64,000 bases of DNA from Nemertoderma westbladi (GCA_032718475.1 JAUCBJ010000144.1:1-64000), one strand, 5' to 3'. Numbered from the stretch's first letter, positions 26,314 to 40,262 are shown. The notes: a model not told the origin generated them from the sequence alone. Made by a program: numbers and translations.

Positions 26314-26639
26314 GCAAGTATCTATATTATGTGCACTACAATAATAATTCCCGAGATATTATTTATTATGATTATAGTATACTTCCTACACATACACAAT
26401 TCAGGTTGGCCACTTTAGATATCAGGATTTTGCACTTTAATAATTTTTTGGTGAAAAATTAATACAGATTTATGGGGAGTTAATATAGTTACTGTTTGTG
26501 TTTACTTGAAATCATTGCCGGCGTATTTGTAAGATTGCACCGTGAATCGTACACTATACAGTGTTTTAGTCTTTATTATGTTCCTATGGCAGGTATTTTC
26601 AATTAAATAAAATGGTGGTAAAATAATAGAGAATATTAT

Positions 26640-27870
26640 AAACGAAAACATTTGACGACATGAAGTTTGTCTTTGAATTTTGAATTTTATTGGTTTCCAC
26701 ATCTGCATTTTTTAAATTTATGTCCAAATTACAAAAGCTATCCTTATAAAATATATTGGCCTCAGGTGTCATGTGTCAATATAGAAAAGTTGTAATTCAT
26801 CCGCTAATAATATCTACTATTTTTAATTAATTGAACCTTAAATGGGAGCTATTTTTCCACCAAAACTACCATATTGCAAGTATACGTACCAATTTCTGGT
26901 CGAATAAAGTTTTTTCTAGATGAAGTTGGTGATAAATTATTACTGATTTCTGTCTAATTACGTTAGTTAATATCAGAATCGTGTGAGGGACTAAATAGTG
27001 CTGGATCGGGCAGGGAAATCATCTTTAAGCTAAAACTGTATTATGGAAACAATTGAATACGGGTGACAATGCGCCTAGAATCGTGAGTCGAATCTCGAGT
27101 TGGGATATTTTCATATGATATCAACCATAAACCTCCCTTGAAACTATTGGGATTTAATTTGTATTTATAGAGGTCGAATATAACTGGCCCTAAAAGGTAA
27201 AATAACAATCCGAGGAATTACTGTGCGCATCGTAGCGACGTAAAATAGGAACCAAACGTACGACAGAATCTTCTTACGTCATATTCAATTGTTTCCAGGC
27301 AGTTTTTTTCTAACAAACCCTATTTTAATTTACTAATATTAGTTAGGAAACTATCCACTGTCACAGTCATAGCGAATAAGAGAGAATTGGTAGATAAGAT
27401 ACCGCACCGGTACGGTACTCTTATTTACTTTCTAACGAACGCATTTACTAGTTAAACTAAACTTAAACTTACCAGAAGAGGGAACTTCCTAAAAACAAAC
27501 AACCATACACCGTCGCTAGAGATAAGGCTATCATACGGTAAATAAATAACCATGATTATGAACTGCAAAGATTCATAATAACAGGCGGTCTCGTTAAGTG
27601 TTTCTTATTTGCGGAAATGAGAACTAACTCTCAGGTTAAGCGAAAAATTGCGACAAATTTATTGCGCCTTAATTTTTGTACATTTCACACCAAAATTAGT
27701 TACACTTTCGGGATGGCGGGTTTAATAGTATTACGATAAGTTACAGGCCGGTTCCTAACATTAATTACAACTGTCATGATGTCGATATAATGGAAATTTT
27801 AGTCATTACCAATTAAATTCTGGAAATATGTATTATTTGTTAACTAGACAAATACACTCGTTCCCAAGTT
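26640..27870 (-). pseudogene. CDS-deleted tandem duplicate of the SOCS locus
   Basis: 26647-27010 matches the SOCS 3'UTR and last codons (28856-29229); about 27260-27870 matches the SOCS upstream region about 30620-31310. Confidence 0.75.
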
Positions 27871-29210
27871 TTCTTCATACTGAGGAATCTGTTTTCTGAG
27901 TAATTTTCGCCTTACAGTAACTTTGGATAAAATTCGCCCTTATTTGTTTGGGACACCTTTATTTTGAACCAATTTATTTGGGATCTATTAAGTCCTTAGT
28001 TAGTCTTTGGGCCTGACAAAAAAATTGCTAGCAAAAGAACAAACTCCACCCAGCACTAAACCCATGCGCCCAACCAACATGTGGGGAGGGAGGGGGGGGG
28101 GGGGGGGGGGGGGGGGAATTATTACAGATTTATGTTCATAGAGTAAAAGTTTAAAGTTTAATTTAAATGATTTGCCTGTTTCACTCTCCCTAATACAGTA
28201 TATAGCTCATTGCAGCGTGTTTGTAATATATAAATGATGATAATAATACATAATTATTATTGACAATAAGTTTCTTTTATTCAATTTAAAAACCGCCCTT
28301 GGTTATAAAATAGTAAAGATTACAACACTTTTCATTGTACGATTTACGTTAATATTTAAATTAAATTACATTGGGTAATGGCAGTGCACAATGCTCCGGA
28401 ATAATATAGTGTCGTAATTCAATGACCCCCCACCCCACCCCACCTAACAATTTAAATGCGATTGCATGAAATTTGAAACAAGAGTTAGGTTTTCTGGCTC
28501 ACGCACCAAGGAGGAGGGAAGTGAAACTAACTCTATTTCAAATTGAATACAATTTCATTAAGTAACAAATGTTTATTTTGTTGTGGCGAGGGGAGGGAGT
28601 TTTCATTGAATTAAGACACTGTATTCCGGGTCATGGTGTATATATGTTTCTGTATGAAAATATATAACATTTTTAGAGACAAAACGATAATTTGATTGTA
28701 TTTGCAGAGGTTCAAAATTATACCAACTACAGTGAAGTTCTATATAATATCATAAATTATTGTATATATTATATAATTTTGCAATACATTCAATATATCA
28801 TGCATATCTTCTCAAAATTTAATTGAACGTAAATTAAAGCACTCAATTACAATTCAAACATTTGACGACATGAAGTTTTATCCTTATTGACAATTTTAAA
28901 TTGTGCTGGTTTCCACCTGCATGTTTGTAACATTTTTATGTCCAAATTACAAAACCTATCCATATAAAAAATATATCCCCTTAACATTGCAGAACAGTAC
29001 AGAAAATTTATTCGCTATTAATATCTGTTGTTTCTAATAATTTATCTATAAAACCAAATGGGAGCTATTTTTCCACCAAAACTACCATATTGCAAGTATA
29101 CGTACCAATTTCTGGTCGAATAAAGTTTTTTCTAGATGAAGTTGGTGATAAATTATTACTGATTTCTGTCTAATTACGTTAGTTAATATCAGAATCGTGT
29201 GAGTTGAGGA

Positions 29211-29798
29211 CTAAATAGTGCTGGATCGGCTGTTTCTATCCCAGTATTGACTCATTCGAAGGTAAGTCTTGAGGCAATTTGGTAAATCCAGTTTATCGAT
29301 TTTGTCAAGTCGAATGTGGCAACGAATTACAAAGCGGCACAGATGTTTGAGAGTAGGAACGTCTGTATACCGAGATACTGGTTGGAGCGGGTGGGAACTA
29401 AATCCCATACCTTCTCTGGAACGATGCATTTTCTCTTCAATTAACTCAACAATTCCACCGGCGTTTTGGATGGATTCGCAATCAATTCTGCTGTGCAACA
29501 CTATATATTTCCATTTGTAAGAGAAAGTGAACATAAAATGGTCATGGGAACTGTCTCTTACTAAGAAACTTCCCACCGGTTTATCTATCAGGATTGTTTC
29601 TGCTTCTTTAGCGGACATTGACCCCCAATACCAGCTGACCCGAAACCATTTTAATTGCTCGAAACTTCTGTGCCACCAGTTTATCTGTGGTGGTTTATGT
29701 AGAACAGGTCTTTCTGTTAGGCGCTCTGGTGACGTCAGAGGGAGACTGTATGTTCTTTTTGGAATTCTGGGTGGATCGTTTTCGTCACGTTCACTCAT
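29211..29798 (-). CDS. SOCS-family protein (SH2 + SOCS box), SOCS6/7-like, 195 aa, nested antisense in the DZANK1 intron
   Basis: WYWG...GSFLVRDSS SH2 core; PVSR...PTLKHLCRFVIR...LDLPNCLKTYL SOCS box. Confidence 0.88.
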   Translation of the reverse strand: MSERDENDPPRIPKRTYSLPLTSPERLTERPVLHKPPQINWWHRSFEQLKWFRVSWYWGSMSAKEAETILIDKPVGSFLVRDSSHDHFMFTFSYKWKYIVLHSRIDCESIQNAGGIVELIEEKMHRSREGMGFSSHPLQPVSRYTDVPTLKHLCRFVIRCHIRLDKIDKLDLPNCLKTYLRMSQYWDRNSRSSTI

Positions 29799-29969
29799 TT
29801 TCTAGCAGTTATATTTTGGTAAATTAGTTTTCAATAATATATAATAAAATGAAACGATAATATATAAACGATAATAAAATACATAAAACAATTTGATAGA
29901 CAATTGGCGATTGAAAATTAAACTTTATACCAACCAAGTCTACAAGCTACATTGATATAGAGGTACAGT

Positions 29970-29978
29970 TTCCACGAA
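29970..29978. promoter_or_regulatory. STAT GAS-like site TTCCACGAA upstream of the SOCS gene
   Basis: Matches TTC-N3-GAA, about 170 bp 5' of the SOCS ATG; short motif that could occur by chance. Confidence 0.35.
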
Positions 29979-31846
29979 ATTGAGATGCGATTATTATCAA
30001 TTCGAAACGCGGTGATATTGACATGCTACAGCATACTGTAGCATCTTAATGTGCAGCTGCAATGCAGCAGACCGCCTTATAGATAGATAATATGTATGAA
30101 CTTGATACACTAATATATTTTATATTATATTTACAATATTATTATTAACACAATCTATGAAATACTATTTATAGGACTCAAATTTTCACGTAATATGGTT
30201 GGCTAACGAATAATTTTGGAAAGAATAATTGAATAAGGGGTGACAATGTAACAGGCGAGGTAGTGAAGTTGGGTTAGCCCGGGAAACTAATTTGGAAAAT
30301 CGGCTGTCATTAATTAATAAAGTTTTTATTAATTTTATTAAGCAATTATTTGTATTAATTTATTAAAGGGGTTTTACACAAGCCAATATACTACTGTAGG
30401 TTATCTAAATGGTTTCCGGCTTCCTTTAAGAATTTGTGATTTTAGGGTCAAACCCTATTTAAAAATATTATTTTCAAATATCTCTAAAACATAATAACAA
30501 TAAGAAAACATAATTATTGTTAACATAAACAAAACATAATAATAATAAAACAAAACATAATATAACAATTCGATCCAAATACTGCGTATCGTATGTAAAA
30601 TAGGGACTAAACAATGACAGACCTTGTTACGCCATATTCAATTGTTTCCAGGCAGTTTTTCCTCACCAACTCTATTTTAATTTACTTATATTAATTATTT
30701 AGGAATCTATCCACTGTCACACTCGCAGCGAATAAGAAAGAATGAGTAGAGATGGGATACCGGTATATCTTATATACTAAAACTAACTACTCGACAACGC
30801 ATTTAGGATAAACTAAAACTAAACTTTCTACAACTGTAGAGGGAATTTTATAAAACAAACAACGCTAAACCCATTGACTGCTGTTAGAGATAAGGGTATC
30901 AGACGGTAAATGCCCGATAATAATTGCGTAAGGTACATTCACAATAATTGGCTGACGCCTTGGTTATTTACCGAAATGCGACAAAGCCAAATCACAAGGT
31001 ATGGCGAAAATATCCGGCATATTTATTGCGCTATAAATTTTGTAGATTTCACACCAAAATTAGTTAGATACAAAGTTGCTGATCACAAAGTTGACAATTA
31101 ATTTGCACTTACACAGTTGGAATTATCGCAACGATTGCCTTCCAGATTGGTGGGTTTCATGTTATTACGGTAAGTAATTGGCCAGTTCCTCTATTAATTA
31201 CAACTATCATGGCAATAAATATAACGTTACTCGTTGTCTTAAGTAAACAAATATATTCCGGATATGTATTACCTGTTAATTAGGTGTTAACTGGACAAAC
31301 ACTCGTTCCCATAACTAACAACCAAAAACGAACTTAAACCTAAACATCTTAACGCACTAAACTAATGCGTTTACCGGTTTTGTACTTATCAATAATTACA
31401 AAATCCTCCTCTCAACACAGAATCAATTAATAGGTCCCTAACCCTCAATTCATCACATCTCTTCTTATTTGGAGTAGGACCATCACTGTTTGAGATTTTT
31501 AAGGTAGACTTAAGAGTTGTTACAGTATATACTTAGTAGGCCTATTCGGCATCAACAAGTTCTGTAATACCGCTCAACATTATTATGTTTAATACCAATC
31601 GATATCCAGGCTGATTCAAGATATGACCAAAAAAGTCATAGGTTTCGTTCGTTTTTTTGGTACAGTTAGATCCCATTTCTTGGGGTGTATACTTGGAGGC
31701 AGATTGGGTAACTGCAGTCGATTTAAGCCAAAACTCATTCTGAGGTCTAGAATATATGTACCAGACCAGGTATCAATCAGGGAGAAAGAATTATAAACAA
31801 TAAAACGAAATTTCTGATGGTTTTAATTTCAGCCCACTAGCGGTAG

Positions 31847-32231
31847 GGGGCCGTCCAAGTATGACGTCAGCACTTTAGGGGGGGGGGGGGGGGTGGGAAA
31901 ATCTGATGACGTGCTGATGAGGGGAGGGGAGGGGGTCAGCCAAAATCTGATGTCGGCATGTTCATTTATAGGTGCTAGAAGAGATATAGCAGAAGAGTAA
32001 ATAGCTTGCCTATTTTAATTGTTCGAAGCCCCCGAAGGCCCGTAGCACGACCTTCTGTTTCAGTTACCAGTCACCATGTTTCAGTGATTAGGACGCGAAA
32101 TTTTTTTAATCTGATTTAGGGGGGGAGGGGGGGGGGGGGGGGGTCAACGCATATCTGATGACATCTGATTTAGGGGAGGGAGGGGGTCAACATTTTGGGG
32201 AAAAGTGCAGACGTCATACTTGGACGGCCCC
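31847..32231. mobile_element. MITE (PIF/Harbinger-like), 3-bp TSD TAG
   Basis: TIRs GGGGCCGTCCAAGTATGACGTC / GACGTCATACTTGGACGGCCCC flanked by TAG; internal poly-G tracts. Confidence 0.85.
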
Positions 32232-33039
32232 TAGACTAGATAACTGCCAACGAATTAGCACCCCCACAAAGATGCTGCCATACGGATGGATGGTCGAGCA
32301 TGTATTTCTGGCAAGTTTCAGCTTATGTGAACGGCGAGTTCAAATGAGCGAAGGACTTTCAGACATTTCGCCCTCTAGCGGCAAACTGGAGAACTACACA
32401 CCGAGTATCGTCCCCACAAAAACGCAGGCTGTGTTCTATTACATATCTCACAAGCTTTAGATTGAACCGATCATGAATAACGAAATGAGAAAATGATTTC
32501 ACTATCAGACATTTCACCCTCCGACGGCAGACTGGAGAACTTAGGCCTATTAGCTAGCTTCCTTTGGGGCTAATCAGTCTGAAAAAAGGGAAATAATTTA
32601 TTTATTCATGGCAAAATGAAATAGGAATACAAAATAGTATTGGACCTTCTGCTAATAATGTTCTATCATTATCACTTGTTCCTATGACAATATAAATAAA
32701 TTTTGTACCAACTCTGCTAAACTGTGCCTAACGAAAATGATGTAATTTAAATGATGCCTGAAAATTATCTAAAAATCGGCGGAGGATATTTTTATCTAAA
32801 ATCGAATGGGCGGAGCCGGAGGATATTTGTTTTTTTTTAATATATGGTCAAAGGACCGCTTATTGTATATTATATAAGCATCTAGGTTACTAGGTACCGG
32901 TACCACGGATTAGGCCATGTGTATAGGCCTAATAGCATAGTTCATAAACTGAAAGTAATTCGCTACAAAAGTGTATTTGCCATAACAGTGTCACGCTTCT
33001 TGTTGATATTATAATATGTTTGCAATTTAATTATTTTAG

Positions 33040-34499
33040 GTAAGAGAGTTTGTTTGAACTGCGGTGCCGGGAACCCGTCCAATATGAGTAGCTGCATCGT
33101 CTGCGAGGCGAATCTGCGGGAGCCGACGGAGAGTTCGATCAACCGTGGAAGTTCGGCACCGATCGTTGCAAACCGGGACTCGTTGCTCGTCGGCTGCGTC
33201 AAGTGCGGCCGAGTCAACAACCCGGACGCGCGGTACTGCGACTGGTGCGGCGCGCAGCCACAGGGCCGGCCGGCGCTGCTGAATGAGTGCGGTAAGTGCG
33301 GCGGCCGCAACGGAATAGCGTCGCGGTTCTGTTCCACGTGCGGCGCGTTGCTCGAGCCGCCGGCGCGCATCGATCCCCGTAACAGCGGGTTGACGCTGTC
33401 CCGGGGCGAGCCGATGGCCGAGTCTGTCCGGAAGTATGCCGGCGCGCCGGCTAGTTGGACACCGATATCGTTACCGGTGGGAAAGATAATCGGTAAGAAA
33501 GAAAGCGGGACCCAAACCGTCGGGTTGTTCTATCCGTCGAACAAGGAGTTGGATAAAAGTCGTTTGGTACAGGAGACAAAGAGGATCATAGAGGAGGGAG
33601 TGTCGACCACCTCGAAGAAATGGAACCCGACGGCGGTAAGTCCGGGACGCGGCTACTGGCGGCAACAGATCGAGCACATCTGCGGGAACCTCCGGGCCTA
33701 CACGTCCGGACAGAGCGACTTCCGGGCGGCCATCTCGGAAGGTCGGATGGGCCGGATGCTGAGCGGGAGCGTCCGGGAGGACGGCCACGAGCTCAGCGTC
33801 ACGCTGAACTTCCCATTGCGACAACAGCGGGACGACCCGTTGCGCGGGAAGAATCTCAACGTGACGTCGCAGGGGAAGTTTCTATCGGAGGTTATCGGCT
33901 CGACGCGACATCAGCTGACCACTTCGGACGATTCCGGGACCGAGTTCGAGTCGGTTACCACGGAAACAGAACCGAAAGGTAAGTTTTTAGGAAATAAAAA
34001 GCGTAAGAAGATAAAGAAGAAAGTCTTCGATGTCGATTTGTCTCCAGCAGATCGTCTTCTTCTTAAGGAGGTTGGGGATTCCGGGAGAGGGGACGTGGAG
34101 ACGTTGCGGCAGCTGATAGACGAGGGAGCGGAACCCAACATCCTCGACGAGAAGGGGTTCCCGGCGCTGTTCCTGGCGGTGCGGAACAACCACGTGGACG
34201 CGATCGGGACGCTGGTCTCCGCCGGTGCCGACCTGAAGCGGCGAGCGGGGCCTCGGGGCAACTCGGCGCTGCACGAGGCCGTGTTGTTGGGGCCCGCGGG
34301 GCAGGAAGCCATAGACGCCTTGCTAACCGCCGGGGCCAATACCAAGTGGCGCAACGATAAAGGGGAGACGCCATACGATCTCGCCGTGCAGGGCGGTTAC
34401 GATAGTATCGTTAATATGTTCGCGAGTAACGTAGGGCAACAGCTGCTCGATAAGATAAACAAACCGAAACGAGGATCCATTAGTGTCGACGTTTTCTAG
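33040..34499 (+). CDS. DZANK1: DZANK1 coding exon 2 (zinc ribbons and ankyrin repeats); spliced protein about 767 aa
   Basis: TTTTAG acceptor, phase 1, gives IKLK-G-KRVCLNCGAGNP; TQTVGLFYPS, SPGRGYWRQQ, ankyrin GNSALHEA. Confidence 0.92.
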
Positions 34500-35989
34500 G
34501 AGGTTTCGTGTGTAGCATTGATGCGGGGCTGTGGCGGTGTACTGTTGTGATTTATTCCACACAATTTGATTTATTTAAAATTTAATTTGTTGGAGGTGGG
34601 TGGGGGGAGGGGGGGGGGGGGGGGCGACCACGAATTTCGGTTTGACTGTAATGTGTGTAATTTTTTGACGGTTAATTACATGTTAAATAATTAATTTAAA
34701 ACAATTAAATAATAATAATACTTTAATAAATTCATTATAGTTGCATCTTAAATAATAATGTATTACATTATTCTCATTGGTCGATATATTTATTATATTT
34801 AGGCCCGATATAATTTTATCTTCTGTAAAATCGATCGATAATAGTAAAAATATCTTCGCTTTATTATGTGGTTTAAACTTATTAAACAAACATTAATTAT
34901 TATTTCCAGTATTATTGATGTTTTATATGTTTCTACCGAACCATAAATTCGTTTATTCTTCAACATTCCACATTGCCACTCATTGTCGTTGAATTCGATA
35001 TATTTATTGATGTAATCATTCTGATGATTAATTAATTGAACGTAAATGAATTTTCTACATTGTTACCTTTCTTTTTAAATGTTTAGTATTTATTTATATT
35101 TAGTTGTTAGGTGATAATTAACTATTGTCATGTTTTATTTGTAAATTAGCACGTTTTTTTATATATATTATGTCTCTGTTAAATATATTACACATGATCC
35201 ACCAACTATAATGAAAATGAATTATTCCGTGTAACTTACGTCAAGGGCATTCGCATCCTCGTAGTCCATATGAACATTCTGCTCGAAAAAAATCGAGCAA
35301 TTTTTATTTCGCAGTTTCAAGGAAAGTAACCTTATTTTTCAAATTAAATTTCACATTTTCAATAAAAAGCGAAAAGTTTTTTTCGTAAATAAGGTATAAT
35401 AGATGGACAATAAATAGCACAAGTAACATTATGAACAAGTAAAAAAAGGCCCAATTTTACAAGTTTGAACCTTCCTGAGCAAAACTTTATTTCCGAAGTC
35501 AGTTTTAAGTTTTTAAAAAATCTGGTCTGTTTGTATGATATATGTTGGTCTCTTTGTCAAAATAAAAGAAAAGCACATCACCTAACTAAATGTTTTGCTA
35601 CGGTTGGGGAGTTTTCAAGATCGCTGAAGGGCTTTCCATAAATGACGTCACGGGGGAGGGAGGGGATCGAAGATTTCGTGACAAATTGTTACACGGGGGG
35701 GGGGGGGGGGGGGGTCATCCATTTTGTGATTTCTTCACATTGATCATGGTTATAGAATATATCCGTACGAGCCAATATTTGACTGAAGTTGTAAAGTGTA
35801 GTAACTATTTGTTAAGCGCGACAAACTGACAGACATAAAGAGAGACGCTGCTCCGTCAAATTATAAAATTGATATCGAAAATAGAGTCCGAACAATAAAA
35901 TCCATACAAACAAACAATCCAAACAAATAAATAAAGATATTTTTTTAGCCAATAATAGGCGCCTTTGAGGCAAACTTGAGTTTTTCAGT

Positions 35990-36062
35990 TCCTTCTTGGT
36001 GTAGTGGTTGCATTGAATTCACATCTCTCCGGAGGTCGTGGGTTCGATGCCAGCATGGGGTC
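35990..36062 (+). mobile_element. tRNA-derived SINE head / tRNA pseudogene
   Basis: A box TGGTGTAGTGG and B box GGTTCGATGCC at tRNA-like spacing; anticodon arm does not pair. Confidence 0.5.
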
Positions 36063-36867
36063 CCGGGGAGTTTTCGTTCTGTCTTGCATCCTTAAATGGT
36101 AGCTAAAGTAAATAAAAACTATATTGGAATGGGGTATGGGGATTCCACTGAGTAATTTTTAAGTACAATTAATTAGGGCCTACTTAAATCTTATAAGTAG
36201 AAAATGACAAAATTTCATGAAAGGACACGCTAAAAATTCAGTTTTTAGTGCAACTAACATAATTACCACATTTAGCGTTGAATAAAAGTCTGTGGTCGCA
36301 ATATTCGCTTAATTAATCTTTTTGGTTACCACAACTGCAATTCCCGTACTACAATTATTAAACATACGGGTTGCCTTCCCGAGTACGAATACTTCCCGAG
36401 TAAGTTCGTATATCTTAAAATGTATATTCAAATCAAACTAAATTGTGAAGGGTAATTAAGGTTCTGTCTATTACAATTAAATAATGTTATTATTATTATT
36501 GTTATATAATTTCTGTTATTATCTTGGATTTCATTGTTATTCTATTCATTTTGTATTGAGATAAAAAAATATTGGGGAAAAAAAACATTAAGAAAAAAAC
36601 ATTGAGAAAAAAATAAGTGTAATTTTTTCTCAATGTTTTAGTGGTAGAAAAAATAAACACTCTTTACTTACATCTGTTGGGGCAGCCAGCAAAAAGAGCC
36701 ATACTAATAAGACGCTTGCTTATTGTATATTTCTTAAAATCATTGGCTTGGGTTTGGGTATTTAGAGAGTCTTTATAATTAGCTAAATTATTTCGTTGAG
36801 GCATTGACATTGTAAATTAATGCAATAATATTTCAGTATCAATACTATCGGCATAAGGTAAGCATAA

Positions 36868-39053
36868 GGTACAGTGGATTGTTTATGGTACAGTGGGTTG
36901 TTTATGGTACAGTGGGTTGTTTATGGTACTGTGGGTTGTTTATGGCACAGTGGGTTGTTTATGGTACAGTGGGTTGTTTATGGCACAGTTGGTTGTTTAT
37001 GATACAGTGGGTTGTTTATGGTACAGTGGGTTGTTTATGGTACAGTGGGTTGTTTATGGTACAGTGGGTTGTTTATGGTACAGTGGGTTGTTTATGGTAC
37101 AGTGGGTTGTTTATGGTACAGTGGGTTGTGGGTTGTTTATGGTACAGTGGGTTGTTTATGGTACAGTGTGTTGTTTATGGTACAGTGTGTTGTTTATGGT
37201 ACAGTGGGTTGTTTATGGTACAGTGGTTTGTTTATGGTACAGTGGGTTGTTTATGGTACAGTGTGTTGTTTATGGTGCAGTGTGTTGTTTATGGTACAGT
37301 GGGTTGTTTATGGTACAGTGGTTTGTTTATGGTACAGTGGGTTGTTTATGGTACAGTGTGTTGTTTATGGTACAGTGGGTTGTTTATGGTACAGTGGGTT
37401 GTTTATGGTACAGTGGGTTGTTTATGGTACAGTGGGTTGTTTATGGTACAGTGTGTTGTTTATGGTACATTGGGTTGTTTATGGTACAGTGGGTTGTTTA
37501 TGGTACATTGGGTTGTTTATGGTACAGTGGGTTGTTTATGGTACAGTGGGCTGTTTATGGTACAGTGTGTTGTTTATGGTACAGTGGGTTGTTTATGGTA
37601 CAGTGTGTTGTTTATGGTACAGTGGGTTGTTTATGGTACAGTGGGTTGTTTATGGTACAGTGGGTTGTTTATGGTACAGTGGGTTGTTTATGGTACATTG
37701 GGTTGTTTATGGTACAGTGGGTTGTTTATGGTACAGTGGTTTGTTTATGGTACAGTGGGTTGTTTATGGTACAGTGGGTTGTTTATGGTACAGTGTGTTG
37801 TTTATGGTACAGTGGGTTGTTTATGGTACAGTGGGTTGTTTATGATACAGTGGGTTGTTTATGGTACAGTGGGTTGTTTATGGTACAGTGGGTTGTTTAT
37901 GGTACAGTGGGTTGTTTATGGTACAGTGAGTTGTTTATGGTACAGTGGGTTGTTTATTGTACAGTGGGTTGTTTATGGTACAGTGGGTTGTTTATGGTAG
38001 AGTGGGTTGTTTATGGTACAGTGGGTTGTTTATGGTACAGTGGGTTGTTTATGGTACAGTGGGTTGTTTATGGTACAGTGGGTTGTTTATGGTACAGTGG
38101 GTTGTTTATGGTACAGCGGGTTGTTTATGGTACAGTGGGTTGTTTATGGTACAGTGGGTTGTTTATGGTACAGTGGGTTGTTTATGGTACAGTGGGTTGT
38201 TTCTGATACAATGGGTTGTTTATGATACAGTGGGTTGTTTATGGTACAGTGGGTTGTTTATGGTACAGTGGGTTGTTTATGGTACAGTGGGTTGTTTATG
38301 GTACAGTGGGTTGTTTATGGTACAGTGGGTTGTTTATGGTACAGTGGGTTGTTTATGGTACAGTGGGTTGTTTCTGATACAGTGGGTTGTTTATGGTATA
38401 GTGGGTTGTTTATGGTACAGTGGGTTGTTTATGGTACAGTGGGTTGTTTATGGTACAGTGGGTTGTTTATGGTACAGCGGGTTGTTTATGGTACAGTGGG
38501 TTGTTTATGGTACAGTGGGTTGTTTATGGTACAGTGGGTTGTTTATGGTACAGTGGGTTGTTTCTGATACAATGGGTTGTTTATGATACAGTGGGTTGTT
38601 TATGGTACAGTGGGTTGTTTATGGTACAGTGGGTTGTTTATGGTGCAGTGGCTTGTTTATGGTACAGTGTGTTGTTTATGCTACAGTGTGTTGTTTATGG
38701 TACAGTGGGTTGTTTCTGATACAGTGGGTTGTTTATGGTATAGTGGGTTGTTTATGGTACAGTGGGTTGTTTATGGTACAGTGGGTTGTTTATGGTACAG
38801 TGGGTTGTTTATGGTACAGTGGGTTGTTTATGGTACAGTGGGTTGTTTATGGTACAGTGGCTTGTTTATGGTACAGTGGCTTGTTTATGGTACAGTGGGT
38901 TGTTTATGGTACAGTGGGTTGTTTATGGTACAGTGGGTTGTTTATGATACAGTGGGTTGTTTATGGTACAGTGGGTTGTTTATGGTACAGTGGGTTGTTT
39001 ATGGTACAGTGGGTTGTTTATGGTACAGTGGGTTGTTTATGGTACAGTGGGTT
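36868..39053. repeat. 19-bp minisatellite (GGTACAGTGGGTTGTTTAT)n, roughly 115 copies
   Basis: Direct reading; 19-aa periodicity in ORFs. Confidence 0.97.
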
Positions 39054-40262
39054 TAGCGTAAATCTCTCACTTTTCTGCTTTTAAATGTAAGAGGACAGGA
39101 GTATACTTTTTTCTTTCTCAAAAAATATATGGTGCGCGTCGTCGTCGTCCCATTCAGCCATTGCGGATCCGCACCTGTGTGGCTGTCAGGCTGTGCGTAG
39201 GTTAGTTGAATACAGCAATAGACTGATAGTTGTTACCGCAAGCAAACACGTACTGGCGTACCACAGTCTGAGTGTCTGCAGGTCTGGCAGTATTCATGTA
39301 TTCCGGTATTCAGGCAGTCAGGTATTGCAGTACAGCAGTTAGGCAGTACAGCAGTAGGCAGTAGGTTCCAACTACAAACGACTACATGACTACTGGTCTG
39401 CTGGTAGAATGGACATGGATTAGGCTATATCTGTAATACCAGGTTGCCATCTGGCCAGTGCTGCAGTCCTGTAGTGGCCATGGCATGGCAGCCAAGTTCA
39501 AGTCTGAAAGTACTGCAGTACTGATACTGACAGACTGAAGTAGGCCTATGTAATAATTACGGTCGCTACCGGTTACACCTGTACACGCAACACCAACACG
39601 GCTGCACGAGCTGACGACAGGACGAGTGCACGGTACATACAGACATCAGGACATACTGACATAAGACAGTAAGAAATGAGAGTCTGACTGTCTGAGAGGC
39701 AGTCAGACTCAGACAGTGAGTCACTGCGTCAGTCAGTCAGTCAGTAGGTACGTCAGTACGTGGCACCGGCACCGGCAGTTAGGTACAATGGCCAAATCTG
39801 GCAATGATTGTGATTGCAATATTTGGCAACCAAGCAAAATCTGGCGACATTTCTGATTGCCTGATTTGGCAACTATATAAAGCCGTTGTTGCCATATTTG
39901 GCAACTTAACTAACTCATTGAATAGCCTATGGCTTATATGGTTCTGCGTCATTAAGTCCTTCTATGGCAGTATGGTCATTCCTTAGATCCTGAAATGTTA
40001 ATGTTAGGCCTAGACAGCTAGAAAAAAGGGGTAGGGCCAGGCAGGTTACAGGTTATACTTAGACCGTTAAGTTCTAACTTCTAACCAATACTGAATACAG
40101 CAATATATCCTAATAAATGAGGTGAGAGTGTGAGTCAAAAACACAAACACAGACTGACTGGTTTATTTTTGCTAGTAATCTCTGGCGCTGCTTGGGGAGG
40201 TGGTTGATTGTTGTTTGTACCAATAATAGTTTAGTAGTTAAAGATTGTAACTGTCTGACTGT

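Noticed and set aside
32963-34562. Antisense and alternate-frame ORFs over DZANK1 (and similarly over KEAP1 and gag)
   Set aside because: Shadow ORFs of GC-rich coding exons with no recognisable domains.
12688-35713. Numerous long poly-G/poly-C tracts
   Set aside because: Mostly internal to MITE fragments, and homopolymer lengths are unreliable; no specific function is supportable.
35990-36062. Functional tRNA gene
   Set aside because: A and B boxes are present but the acceptor and anticodon stems do not pair properly.
36868-39084. ORFs, and a possible CRISPR-like array, in the 19-bp repeat
   Set aside because: Head-to-tail units without unique spacers, no cas genes, eukaryotic context.
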